Below are positions 9,299-17,539 of a DNA stretch of 32,000 nucleotides, one piece after another. The stretch is from NCBI RefSeq assembly GCF_000012905.2, contig NC_007494.2:270001-302000 (forward strand), in the 5' to 3' direction. The notes beneath the pieces are model-generated. The model did not search any database and was not told the DNA's origin. It saw only the letters and a program-made list of their open reading frames with translations. Each line of letters starts with the position of its first letter. The stretch's first letter is position 1. A program made the translations under genes and the position numbers. The stretch comes from Cereibacter sphaeroides 2.4.1 (GTDB taxonomy: Bacteria; Pseudomonadota; Alphaproteobacteria; Rhodobacterales; Rhodobacteraceae).

Positions 9299-10235
9299 GT
9301 CGATCCGCTGGCTGGTGCCGATCTGCCTCGTCGTCGCCGGACTCTATCTCTTCTGGGGGCTCCGGGCGGCGAACTGGGCCTTCGCGCTGGAGCTGCGGGC
9401 CACGCGGCTCGCGGCGCTGACGGTGGTCGGGGCCTCGGTGGGGGTGGCCACGGTGCTCTTCCAGACGGTGAGCACCAACCGCATCCTCACGCCCTCGATC
9501 ATGGGGTTCGACGCGCTCTATGTGCTGATGCAGACGGCGCTGGTGGCGGTTCTGGGCATCTCGGGCTTCGCGGCCCTGCCGGGCGGGACGAAGTTCCTGC
9601 TCGAGACCGGGGGGCTGGTGGCGGCGGCGCTCCTCCTCTTCGGGACGCTGCTCGCCCGGGGGGCGCAGGATCTGCCGCGGATGATCCTGACCGGCGTGAT
9701 CTTCGGGATCCTCTTCCGCTCGGCTGCGGGCTTCGTGGGCCGTCTGCTCGATCCGAACGCCTATGCGGTGGTGCAGCAGGCGAGCTTCGCCACCTTCTCG
9801 CGGGTGGAGGCGGGCCTGCTGCCCTGGGCGGGGCTCCTTGCGCTGTCGGCGATGGGCACGGCACTGGTGCTCGCCCCGCGGCTCGATGTGCTGGCGCTGG
9901 GGCGGCGGACATCGGTGCCGCTGGGGCTCGGACACGACCGGCTCGCGCTTCTCACGCTGGGGCTGGTGGCGGTGCTGGTTGCCAGCGCCACCGCGCTCGT
10001 GGGTCCGATCGGCTTCTTCGGGCTGATCGTGGCCTCGCTCGCCCATGCGCTGACCGAGCGGGCGCGCCATGCGGCGCTGCTGCCCGCGGCGGCTTTGTCG
10101 GCCGTGGCGCTGCTCGTGGGCGGACAGTTCCTCTTCGAGCGGCTGCTGCGCCTCGAGGGGACGCTCAGCGTCGTGGTCGAACTGGCGGGCGGGCTCTTCT
10201 TCCTGTGGCTTCTGATGAAGGGACGGATCCGATGA
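9291..10235 (+). CDS. Second iron-siderophore ABC transporter permease (FecCD family)
   Basis: Listed 314-aa ORF. Its GTG start overlaps the stop of the preceding permease by 8 nt (GTGGATAG). It is polytopic, with ...LTVVGASVGVATVLFQTVSTNRILTPSIMG.... Confidence 0.9.
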   Translation: MDRSIRWLVPICLVVAGLYLFWGLRAANWAFALELRATRLAALTVVGASVGVATVLFQTVSTNRILTPSIMGFDALYVLMQTALVAVLGISGFAALPGGTKFLLETGGLVAAALLLFGTLLARGAQDLPRMILTGVIFGILFRSAAGFVGRLLDPNAYAVVQQASFATFSRVEAGLLPWAGLLALSAMGTALVLAPRLDVLALGRRTSVPLGLGHDRLALLTLGLVAVLVASATALVGPIGFFGLIVASLAHALTERARHAALLPAAALSAVALLVGGQFLFERLLRLEGTLSVVVELAGGLFFLWLLMKGRIR

Positions 10236-10990
10236 TCGAGCTTGAGGGCGTGGGCCACCGGATCGACGGGGCCGAGATCCTGACCGATGTGACGACGCGG
10301 CTGCCGAAGGGGGCGCTCACGGCGCTGATCGGGCCGAACGGGGCGGGCAAGTCCACGCTGCTCTCGCTCATCGCGCGGCTCGCGCCGCTGGGGCAGGGGC
10401 GGATCCGGGTGGACGGGCTGGATGTGGCCCGCACCCCGTCGCGCCAGCTCGCGCTGAAGATGGCCGTGCTCGGGCAGGAGACGGCGGTGGGCAGCCGCCT
10501 CAGGGTGCATGAGCTGGTGGGCTTCGGCCGCTGGCCGCACCATCAGGGCCGCCGCACGCCCGCCGATGCGGCGGCGGTGGAGGAGGCCATCGCGGTGTTC
10601 GAGCTGGGCCCGCTCGCCGACCGCTTCCTCGACGAGCTCTCGGGCGGCCAGCGCCAGCGCGCCTTCCTCGCCATGACCTTCGCCCAAGGAACGGACTGGC
10701 TCCTGCTCGACGAGCCGCTGAACAATCTCGACATGGCCCATGCCCGCGCCCTTCTGTCGCGGCTGAACGACCTCGTCCGCACCGGGGGCCGCAGCGTCGT
10801 CGTGGTGATGCACGACGTGAACTATGCCGCCGCCTGGGCCGACCACATCCTCGCCCTGAAGGACGGGCGGATCGCGGCCGAAGGCACCCCGGCCGAGGTG
10901 CTGACGACCCCGATCCTGCACCGGCTCTACGGGATCGAGATGGAAGTGGCCGAGCATCGCGGACGGCCTCTGGTGCTGCACCACGTCTGA
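10232..10990 (+). CDS. Iron-siderophore ABC transporter ATP-binding protein
   Basis: The ATG at 10232 overlaps the permease stop (ATGA). Walker A is GPNGAGKST, the signature is LSGGQRQR and Walker B is LLLDEP. The listed ORF starts 27 nt earlier at 10205, inside the permease gene. Confidence 0.9.
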   Translation: MIELEGVGHRIDGAEILTDVTTRLPKGALTALIGPNGAGKSTLLSLIARLAPLGQGRIRVDGLDVARTPSRQLALKMAVLGQETAVGSRLRVHELVGFGRWPHHQGRRTPADAAAVEEAIAVFELGPLADRFLDELSGGQRQRAFLAMTFAQGTDWLLLDEPLNNLDMAHARALLSRLNDLVRTGGRSVVVVMHDVNYAAAWADHILALKDGRIAAEGTPAEVLTTPILHRLYGIEMEVAEHRGRPLVLHHV

Positions 10991-11000
10991 CCGGGCGCGG

Positions 11001-11029
11001 TTGACTCGGCCGTCGGGCGCTAATACTAG
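11001..11029 (+). promoter_or_regulatory. Candidate sigma70-type promoter for the TonB-dependent receptor gene
   Basis: TTGACT (11001-11006) is followed after 14-17 nt by the AT-rich run TAATACTAG. This is the only AT-rich patch in the 111-bp gap. The -10 hexamer is ambiguous. Confidence 0.25.
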
Positions 11030-11101
11030 CGAATTACTCAGGTATCGCACCCACGGTTGCGAGCTCAGGCGCATCCATCGAAAAACTCAAGGGATTCTCC
11101 C

Positions 11102-13198
11102 ATGCCTCCGACGTCCCATGCCGGACGCGGCTTGTCTTTCAACGTGCCGAGCCGCCGTCCCATCGCCCCCTTCCCCAGACGGGGGCGCCGCGCCCTCCTT
11201 GCCGCCGGCACCCTCCTCTCCACCGGCCTGACCGCTCAGGCCCAGACCGCGGCCGAGCCCATCGCCCTCGATCAGATCACGGTGACGGCGGGCGGCTTCG
11301 AGCAGAACGTGGCCGACGCGCCCGCCTCTGTCTCGATCATCACCCGCGAGGATCTGGAACGCGGCAATGTCACGAGCCTGTCGGACGCGCTGCGCGAGGC
11401 GCAGGGCGTCGTGACCACGGGCGTGGCCGGCGAGCAGGACATCTTCATCCGCGGCCTGCCGGGGGCCTATACGCTGATCCTCGTGGACGGGAAGCGGCAG
11501 GGCACGCGCGAGAGCCGCACCAACGGCAATGCGGGCTGGGAGCAGAGCTTCATCCCGCCGGTCGCCGCCATCGAGCGGATCGAGGTGGTGCGCGGGCCCA
11601 TGTCCTCGCTCTACGGCTCGGATGCCATGGGTGGCGTCATCAACATCATCACCCGCAAGGTGGCCGACCGCTGGTCGGGCTCGGTCACGGCCGAGACCGT
11701 GCTGCCGGAAGCCTCCGAGGACAGCGGCAACCGGCAGCTCTCGTTCTATCTCTCGGGGCCGGTGGTGCCGGACAGGCTCGGGCTCCAGATCTGGGGCAGG
11801 GTCCTCGATCAGGACGAGGCAGAGCTGCTCTCGGGTCAGCCCGGGCAGGAGGACCGCGACCTGACCGCGCGCCTGACCTGGGCGCTCACCGAGGATCAGG
11901 AACTGCGGCTCGAGGCCGGGCGGACGGGCCTCGACCGCGATCTCACCCCCGGGCGCACTCTGGACGAGACCGCCAATCCCAGCCGGCAGAAGAACATCCG
12001 CGAGCATTGGTCGGTGAGCCACAGCGGGCGCTGGGGCGATGTGACGACCGATCTCTCGTTCCAGCAGGAGAAGGGCCGCCGCACCACCTGGAGCACGGTG
12101 GAGGGCCGCCTCGTCGAGGATGAGCGCGCGCCCGAGATCGTGAACTCGGTGCTCGACGCCAAGGTGACGGTGCCGCTGACATGGGCGGGCAGCCATACGC
12201 TCGTGGGCGGCGGGCAATACAAGCGCGCCGACCTCACCGACCAGAATCCGGGCATCGGCGACGGGCGCGACTACGACTGGCAGCTCGACGAATGGGCGCT
12301 GTTCCTCGAGGACGAATGGCGCCTGCATCCCGACTTCGCCCTGACGCTCGGGGCGCGCTACACGCAGAACGAGGATTTCGGCGGCCATGTCACGCCGCGT
12401 CTTTATGGCGTGTGGAACGTGACGCCCGACCTCACGATCAAGGGGGGCGCCTCGGCCGGCTACCGGACCCCCGAGATCCGCCAGACCGCGGCGGGCTATT
12501 ACTACACCACCGAACGCGGCGCGGGCGTGATCGTGGCCAACAGCGACCTCGATCCCGAGAGCAGCACCAGCTACGAGATCGGGGCGCTCTGGCAGTCGGG
12601 CCGGTTCGAACTGGGGGCCACCGCCTATCGGACCGATTTCGCGGACAAGATCGAGAGCCGCAAGACCGACCGGCGGATCACAGTGGGCGGCACCGACTAC
12701 AACCGGTGGGAATGGTACAACGTTCAGGATGCGACCCTGACCGGGGTCGAGCTGACGGCACGGGCCGAGATCACCGACAGCCTGTCTCTGCGCGGCAGCT
12801 ACACCTGGACCCATTCGGAACAGGAGTCGGGCGATTACGAGGGCCTGCCGCTCGCCCGCACGCCCGAGCACATGGCCTCGCTCCGGCTCGACTGGCTGAC
12901 GCCCGTCGATGGGCTCGAGGCCTGGAGTGCCGCGACCTACCACGGCTCGGAGATCAACGCGGGTGCGCGGATCGGCAGCAACGGCCGGCCCTATGCCGAG
13001 AATGACGCCGGCCAGGTGATCGCCTACAAATACGGTTCCTATGCGACGGTGGACGTGGGCGCGAGCTACCGGGTCTCCGAGGCCATGATGCTGAACGCGG
13101 CCGTCTACAATCTCTTCGACGAAGGCATCTCCGTCGAGGAGCAGAACGCCTCCGGCTCGGGCCGGAGGCTCTGGGTCGGGCTCACCGCAAACTTCTGA
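11102..13198 (+). CDS. TonB-dependent siderophore receptor (CirA/FepA-like outer-membrane transporter)
   Basis: The ATG at 11102 follows AAGGGA. There is a signal-like segment RRALLAAGTLLSTGLTAQAQ, a TonB box and plug (LDQITVTAGG...SVSIITREDL...IRGLPGAYTLILVDGKRQ...IERIEVVRGPMSSLYGSDAMGGVINIITRK), and the protein ends in the aromatic residue ...GLTANF. Confidence 0.9.
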   Translation: MPPTSHAGRGLSFNVPSRRPIAPFPRRGRRALLAAGTLLSTGLTAQAQTAAEPIALDQITVTAGGFEQNVADAPASVSIITREDLERGNVTSLSDALREAQGVVTTGVAGEQDIFIRGLPGAYTLILVDGKRQGTRESRTNGNAGWEQSFIPPVAAIERIEVVRGPMSSLYGSDAMGGVINIITRKVADRWSGSVTAETVLPEASEDSGNRQLSFYLSGPVVPDRLGLQIWGRVLDQDEAELLSGQPGQEDRDLTARLTWALTEDQELRLEAGRTGLDRDLTPGRTLDETANPSRQKNIREHWSVSHSGRWGDVTTDLSFQQEKGRRTTWSTVEGRLVEDERAPEIVNSVLDAKVTVPLTWAGSHTLVGGGQYKRADLTDQNPGIGDGRDYDWQLDEWALFLEDEWRLHPDFALTLGARYTQNEDFGGHVTPRLYGVWNVTPDLTIKGGASAGYRTPEIRQTAAGYYYTTERGAGVIVANSDLDPESSTSYEIGALWQSGRFELGATAYRTDFADKIESRKTDRRITVGGTDYNRWEWYNVQDATLTGVELTARAEITDSLSLRGSYTWTHSEQESGDYEGLPLARTPEHMASLRLDWLTPVDGLEAWSAATYHGSEINAGARIGSNGRPYAENDAGQVIAYKYGSYATVDVGASYRVSEAMMLNAAVYNLFDEGISVEEQNASGSGRRLWVGLTANF

Positions 13199-13209
13199 CC
13201 CGCGACTGT

Positions 13210-13241
13210 CCGCGGCGGCCCCGGGTCCGGGCCTGCCGCGG
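13210..13241 (+). terminator. Strong GC hairpin 12 nt after the receptor stop codon; a possible terminator or mRNA stabiliser
   Basis: CCGCGGCGGCCC / GGGCC-T-GCCGCGG forms 12 bp with one bulge. There is no T tract. Confidence 0.3.
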
Positions 13242-13304
13242 CGGCAACCTGCGGCCACGGAGGTGCTTGAGCCCGGCGGACGGGCGGCCTAGGGTGTGCG
13301 CCAG

Positions 13305-14921
13305 ATGCGCAACATGACCAGCCCGGCAGGCAAGCCCTTGCGATCGACCCACTTCATCGCGCTGAGGATGGGAGCGGCCATTCTGGCCGTGCTCGGCATG
13401 GTGGTCTGGGCCGTCTGGTCGTGGAACGAAGAGGTTGCCGCCCTCGAAGAGCAGGGGCAGTCCAAGGCGCGCCTGATCTCGCTCTATGTCGAGCGGCTGG
13501 TGCAGACCCAGGTGATCCTGCAGCAGGCGGCGCTGCGCGATCTCAAGGATCAGGGACCGGACTATCTGACGTCGCCGCCGTTCGAGGGCTTCCTGACGGC
13601 CATCGAAAGCGCGCAGACCTCCTCGGGCGGGATTGCCGTCCATGCGCCGGACGGGCGGGTGCTCGCCCAGGGCCGGCTCTATCCTTCCGACTTCCGCTTT
13701 CCCATCGAGGCTTTCCGTGCCGCACGCGCCGCGGGCTGGACGGTCTTCGTCGGGCGCTTCGAAACCGCCGACCCGGTCAATGACCGGCTCTTCGTCGCCA
13801 CCGACTTCTCCGACGAGGGGCAGGACGCCATCTTCGTGTCGATGCTCACCCTCGGATCGATCCGGGCCTTCCTGCAGCAGATCGCCCCGAGCCCGACGGA
13901 TGCCGCGTCGCTGCTGCGCACGGACGGATATCTGCTCCTGCGCCGGAACGTCTCGCGACCGATCATGCTCGACGAGACCGCCCCCGCGGTCGAGGCGACC
14001 AAGGGTCATGTCTCGGGCAGCTACCGTACCGTTGCGATCTCGGACGGCATCAACCGGCTCTACAGCTTCACCCGTGTGCCCGACCTGCCGCTGGTGGCCA
14101 ATTATGGCGCGCCCGTCTCGGAGATCCGCGCCGGCTGGCTCTGGCGCGTCGTGCCGATCTGGATGTTCCTCGGGTTGCTCGCGCTCTTCATCTTCGTGCT
14201 CTCGGGGCGCATCCGTCGCGCGATGGAGCTGAGTGTCATCGCGCTCGAGACCCGCCAGCAGCTCGAGGCGACGCAGAAGATCGCCGAGCAGCGGGCCCGG
14301 CTGATGCAGGAGCTGAGCCACCGGGTGAAGAACAACCTCGCGCTCGTGCTCGCGCTGATCGACCGGCAGATCCGCACGCGCGGCGGGATCGAACCGCTGG
14401 AGCTGCGCGGCCGGATCATGGCCATCGCCGAGGTCCACTCGATGCTCTTCGCGGCGGGCGAGCGCTACGATCTCGATTTCGGCCGGCTGATCGAACGGTT
14501 GAGCCTCAGCGAGGCGCTGGTGCCGCCGGAACGCTCGATCACCGTCGACCGCGACGTCGAGGAGGGGATCCGCATCGGGCCTGACAGCGCGGTGCCGCTG
14601 GCGCTCGTCGCGGCGGAACTGCTGACGAACGCGGTGAAGCATGCCTTTCCCGACGGGCGGCCGGGGCGGATCCGCGTGTCGCTGCACCATGTCGGTGCCG
14701 ACACCGCGCGGCTGGAGATCGCCGACGACGGCGTGGGCCTGCCCGAGGGGGCGGAACCGAAGCCCTCGGGGCTGGCGATCGTCGAGGCCCTCGTGGCGCA
14801 GGCCGACGCCGTTCTCGAGCGCCGGAACGAGGGCGGCGCCTGCTTCCGCCTCACCTTCCCGATCCGCGGCCATACCACGGCCGACCTTCCGAGCCGGACC
14901 CTCGCGCGCAAGGCGGGATGA
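13305..14921 (+). CDS. Membrane sensor histidine kinase of the HWE/HisKA_2 type with a periplasmic sensor domain
   Basis: Listed ORF 13296-14921; possible starts are GTG 13296, ATG 13305 or ATG 13314. There are two TM segments (AAILAVLGMVVWAVW; VVPIWMFLGLLALFIFVL) and an H-box ELSHRVKNNLALVLALIDRQ. The ATPase motifs are ELLTNAVKHAF and IADDGVGLP. No receiver domain is present and no regulator gene is adjacent. Confidence 0.85.
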   Translation: MRNMTSPAGKPLRSTHFIALRMGAAILAVLGMVVWAVWSWNEEVAALEEQGQSKARLISLYVERLVQTQVILQQAALRDLKDQGPDYLTSPPFEGFLTAIESAQTSSGGIAVHAPDGRVLAQGRLYPSDFRFPIEAFRAARAAGWTVFVGRFETADPVNDRLFVATDFSDEGQDAIFVSMLTLGSIRAFLQQIAPSPTDAASLLRTDGYLLLRRNVSRPIMLDETAPAVEATKGHVSGSYRTVAISDGINRLYSFTRVPDLPLVANYGAPVSEIRAGWLWRVVPIWMFLGLLALFIFVLSGRIRRAMELSVIALETRQQLEATQKIAEQRARLMQELSHRVKNNLALVLALIDRQIRTRGGIEPLELRGRIMAIAEVHSMLFAAGERYDLDFGRLIERLSLSEALVPPERSITVDRDVEEGIRIGPDSAVPLALVAAELLTNAVKHAFPDGRPGRIRVSLHHVGADTARLEIADDGVGLPEGAEPKPSGLAIVEALVAQADAVLERRNEGGACFRLTFPIRGHTTADLPSRTLARKAG

Positions 14922-15229
14922 TCGTATTTTTATTTGCAAGAAAAGCCTTGGAGGCTGAAGTTCAAATTTGATCTGAGGATGAGGGTTCGGCTCGAACGGG
15001 CAGGGACGCCCACCTCGGGACCCGAAAAGACCGCCACCAGAGGCAGCGTCCGCGTCAAGGCACGCCGGTCTCGATGCGGTCCCGGTCCTGCGGCGGGCGC
15101 AGCTCGTGCTCTGCGCGACATTGATCGCGCAACATACAGAATTCGTTTCCGAAAGATGCAAGCGCCGGGGCGGCGCCGGTCGACCTGCCGCGGCTGGCGC
15201 CGGAGCGGGCGGACTGGTAGCTTCGGCCC

Positions 15230-15922
15230 ATGGATTCGATCTTCATCCTGACCGGCGCCGGGATCTCGGCCGAAAGCGGGCTCGGCACTTTCCGGGACAA
15301 GGACGGCCTCTGGACCCGCTACGACCTGAGCCGCGTGGCCACGCCCGAGGGCTTTCGCGCCGATCCCGCTCTGGTCCATGACTTCTACAACATGCGCCGG
15401 AAGAACTGCCTCGACGCGGCCCCCAACGCAGCCCATGCGGCCCTTGCGCGGCTCGGGCGCGACCATCCGGGCGAGGTGACGCTGGTCACGCAGAATGTGG
15501 ATGACCTGCACGAGCGGGCGGGCTCGACCGGCGTGATCCACATGCACGGCGAGCTGCGCCGCGCGCTCTGCGCGGCCTGCGGCCACCGCTGGCCTGCGCC
15601 CGAGCGCATGAGGTCCGAGGACGCCTGCCCGAGCTGCGGCCGGCCCGCCACCCGCCCCGACATCGTCTGGTTCGGCGAGATGCCCTATCGGATGGACGAG
15701 ATCCTCGAGCGGCTGGCGCGGGCCACGCTCTTCGTGGTGATCGGCAGTTCCGGAGAGGTCTATCCCGCCGCGGGCTTCGTCGACGAGGCGGCGGCGCAGG
15801 GCATTCCCACGCTCGAGATCAATCTCGAGCCGAGCGGACGCCGCGGCCTGTTCGACCGCGGCCTCTACGGGCCTGCCACCGAGGTCGTGCCGCGCTGGGT
15901 GGCCGGGCTCCTGCGCGACTAG
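15230..15922 (+). CDS. cobB: NAD-dependent protein deacylase, Sir2 family (CobB, short form)
   Basis: Listed 230-aa ORF reading FILTGAGISAESGLGTFRDKDGLW, VTQNVDDLHERAG and HMHGEL. The zinc ribbon is CAACG...CPSCG, and the protein also contains VIGSSGEVYPAAG. Confidence 0.9.
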   Translation: MDSIFILTGAGISAESGLGTFRDKDGLWTRYDLSRVATPEGFRADPALVHDFYNMRRKNCLDAAPNAAHAALARLGRDHPGEVTLVTQNVDDLHERAGSTGVIHMHGELRRALCAACGHRWPAPERMRSEDACPSCGRPATRPDIVWFGEMPYRMDEILERLARATLFVVIGSSGEVYPAAGFVDEAAAQGIPTLEINLEPSGRRGLFDRGLYGPATEVVPRWVAGLLRD

Positions 15923-16031
15923 CCCCCGCCGCAGCCGGGGGACATTCCCGCCGACAGGGCGGATTCGCCGCTTGCGTCCGCGCGAGGGTGCGACGATAAG
16001 GCGCCCCTCTTTTGCGATGGAGGCTGTCCTG

Positions 16032-17054
16032 ATGGACCGCGCGCTGGAAAATCTCAGGGATCTTTGCGACGCCGGGCTGACCGATCCGGCCGAGAACCGG
16101 CTGGAAGAGGTTGCGCGCGCCTTCCGCATCCGGCTGACGCCGCAGATGGTGGCCGCCTCGGACGACCCGTCCGTGGCGCGCCAGTTCGTGCCCACGCTCG
16201 ACGAGCTGGAGATCCGCCCCGAGGAACTGGCCGATCCCATCGGCGACGCGGCGCGCAGCCCGGTGCCGGGCCTGACCCATCGCTACCCCGACCGGGTCAT
16301 CCTGCATGTCACCCGCACCTGCGATGTCTATTGCCGCTTCTGCTTCCGCCGCGAGGTGGTGGGCAGCGAGGGGATCCTGCCCGAGGCCGACCTGTCGGCG
16401 GCGCTCGACTATATCGATGCCACGCCCTCGGTGCGCGAGGTGATCCTCACCGGGGGCGATCCGCTCACCCTGTCGCCACGGCGGCTGCGCGCGATCATCG
16501 GGCGGCTCGGCCAGATCGGCCATCTCGATCAGGTGCGCATCCACAGTCGCGTGCCGGTCGTGGCGCCCCACCGGATCGACGACAACATGCTGCGCGCGCT
16601 GCTCGGGCCGATCCCCGTCTGGATCGTGGTCCATGTGAACCATCCCGGCGAGCTGCGCCTCGATGCGCGCGCGGCGCTGGGGCGGCTGGCCGACCGGGGC
16701 ATTCCACTCCTGTCGCAGTCGGTGCTGCTGCGCGGGGTGAACGATACCGTCGACACGCTTGAGGAGCTGTTCCGGGCGCTGCTGCGCCTCAGGGTCAAGC
16801 CCTATTACCTGCATCATTGCGACCTCGCAAAGGGCGCGGGCCATTTCCGCCCCACGATCGACGAGGGCCGCGCACTGATGGCCGAGCTCAGGCGCCGGAT
16901 CACCGGGATCGGCCTGCCGAGCTATGTGCTCGACCTGCCGGGCGGGTTCGGCAAGGTTCCCCTCACGTACGACCATCTGATCGCCGACGGTCCCGGCCGC
17001 TGGCAGGTGCGCGACCCGCAGGGCGGCCTGCATCCCTACGCCGATCCCGACTGA
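16032..17054 (+). CDS. KamA-family radical SAM protein (lysine 2,3-aminomutase-like, EpmB/YjeK-sized)
   Basis: This is an internal ATG of listed ORF 15972-17054 (ATG 16017 is an alternative start). The radical-SAM cluster motif is CDVYCRFCFRR. The protein also has VILTGGDPL, RIHSRVPVV, LSQSVLLRGVND and KPYYLHHCDLAKGAGHF, which I recognise as colinear with E. coli EpmB. At ~340 aa it is shorter than a true KamA. Confidence 0.85.
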   Translation: MDRALENLRDLCDAGLTDPAENRLEEVARAFRIRLTPQMVAASDDPSVARQFVPTLDELEIRPEELADPIGDAARSPVPGLTHRYPDRVILHVTRTCDVYCRFCFRREVVGSEGILPEADLSAALDYIDATPSVREVILTGGDPLTLSPRRLRAIIGRLGQIGHLDQVRIHSRVPVVAPHRIDDNMLRALLGPIPVWIVVHVNHPGELRLDARAALGRLADRGIPLLSQSVLLRGVNDTVDTLEELFRALLRLRVKPYYLHHCDLAKGAGHFRPTIDEGRALMAELRRRITGIGLPSYVLDLPGGFGKVPLTYDHLIADGPGRWQVRDPQGGLHPYADPD

Positions 17055-17109
17055 CGGATGATCGATGGCGTGCTAGGCTCGGGCCCATCATCGGGGGAGG
17101 AGCCGCGCC

Positions 17110-17505
17110 ATGGCCGACTGTCGCAAGCTGCGTCCGACGGGTCTCTACGACGGCCGTCAGGGCTTCACCTACAACGAGGGCGTCTCGGCGCAATCCGTGG
17201 GATCGCAGGGCATCTGCATGCATCTCCTGACCATTCCCCCCGGCGGCCGCGCCCGGGCGCACAAGCATGCGAGCCATGAGACGGCGATCTATGTGCTCGA
17301 GGGCGAGACAGTGATGTTCTGGGGCGAACGGCTCGAGCACCGGATGGAGGTGGGCGCGGGCGAGCTGCTCTATATCCCCGCCGACATGCCGCATCTGCCG
17401 ATGAACCTCTCGGACCGGCCGGCCGTGGCGGTCATCTCGCGCACCGATCCGAACGAGCAGGAGAGCGTGACGCTCCTGCCCGAGCTCGAGGCTCTCGTGC
17501 CCTGA
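17110..17505 (+). CDS. Metal-binding cupin domain protein
   Basis: Listed 131-aa ORF. Cupin motif 1 is GGRARAHKHASHETAIYVLEG and motif 2 is GELLYIPADMPHLPMN, so the full His/His/Glu/His ligand pattern is present. Confidence 0.8.
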   Translation: MADCRKLRPTGLYDGRQGFTYNEGVSAQSVGSQGICMHLLTIPPGGRARAHKHASHETAIYVLEGETVMFWGERLEHRMEVGAGELLYIPADMPHLPMNLSDRPAVAVISRTDPNEQESVTLLPELEALVP

Positions 17506-17521
17506 GACGCGCGGCTTTGCG

Positions 17522-17539
17522 GGGCGGGGAGGCCCGCCC
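17522..17539. terminator. Shared hairpin between the convergent cupin and transglycosylase genes
   Basis: GGGCGGG-GAGG-CCCGCCC abuts the minus-strand stop codon at 17540. There is no T tract. Confidence 0.3.

Noticed and set aside
11087-13258. 723-aa minus-strand ORF across the TonB-dependent receptor gene. Similar shadows are 5350-7518 (+), 5129-6673 (-), 13182-15161 (-), 14930-16240 (-), 15819-17033 (-), 19556-21196 (-), 21213-22244 (-), 22210-23568 (-), 23893-24996 (-), 26809-28581 (+), 29349-31781 (-) and 30538-31968 (-)
   Set aside because: Each overlaps, on the opposite strand or in another frame, a gene with clear family motifs. Their products are Arg/Gly/Pro/Ala/His/Asp-rich with no recognisable domains. 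Open antisense frames are expected at this G+C content.
14922-15229. 308-bp gap after the HWE kinase with an AT-rich island (GATCGTATTTTTATTTGCAAGAAAAG...GTTCAAATTTGATC), checked for a tRNA/T-loop, an sRNA or a micro-ORF (26 aa, 15133-15056 minus, MLRDQCRAEHELRPPQDRDRIETGVP)
   Set aside because: There is no cloverleaf or GGTTCGAATCC-type T-arm. The only stem is weak, 5 bp (AGCCT/AGGCT), with a T run on the minus strand. The micro-ORF has no convincing SD. The gap most simply holds the kinase 3' end and the cobB promoter.
15230-15922. The Sir2-domain protein as part of an anti-phage system (Thoeris/DSR/SIR2-HerA-like)
   Set aside because: It is a compact 230-aa CobB with the canonical NAD pocket motifs and a CxxC...CxxC zinc ribbon. 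It has no fused effector or sensor domain and no partner defence gene, and its composition matches its neighbours.
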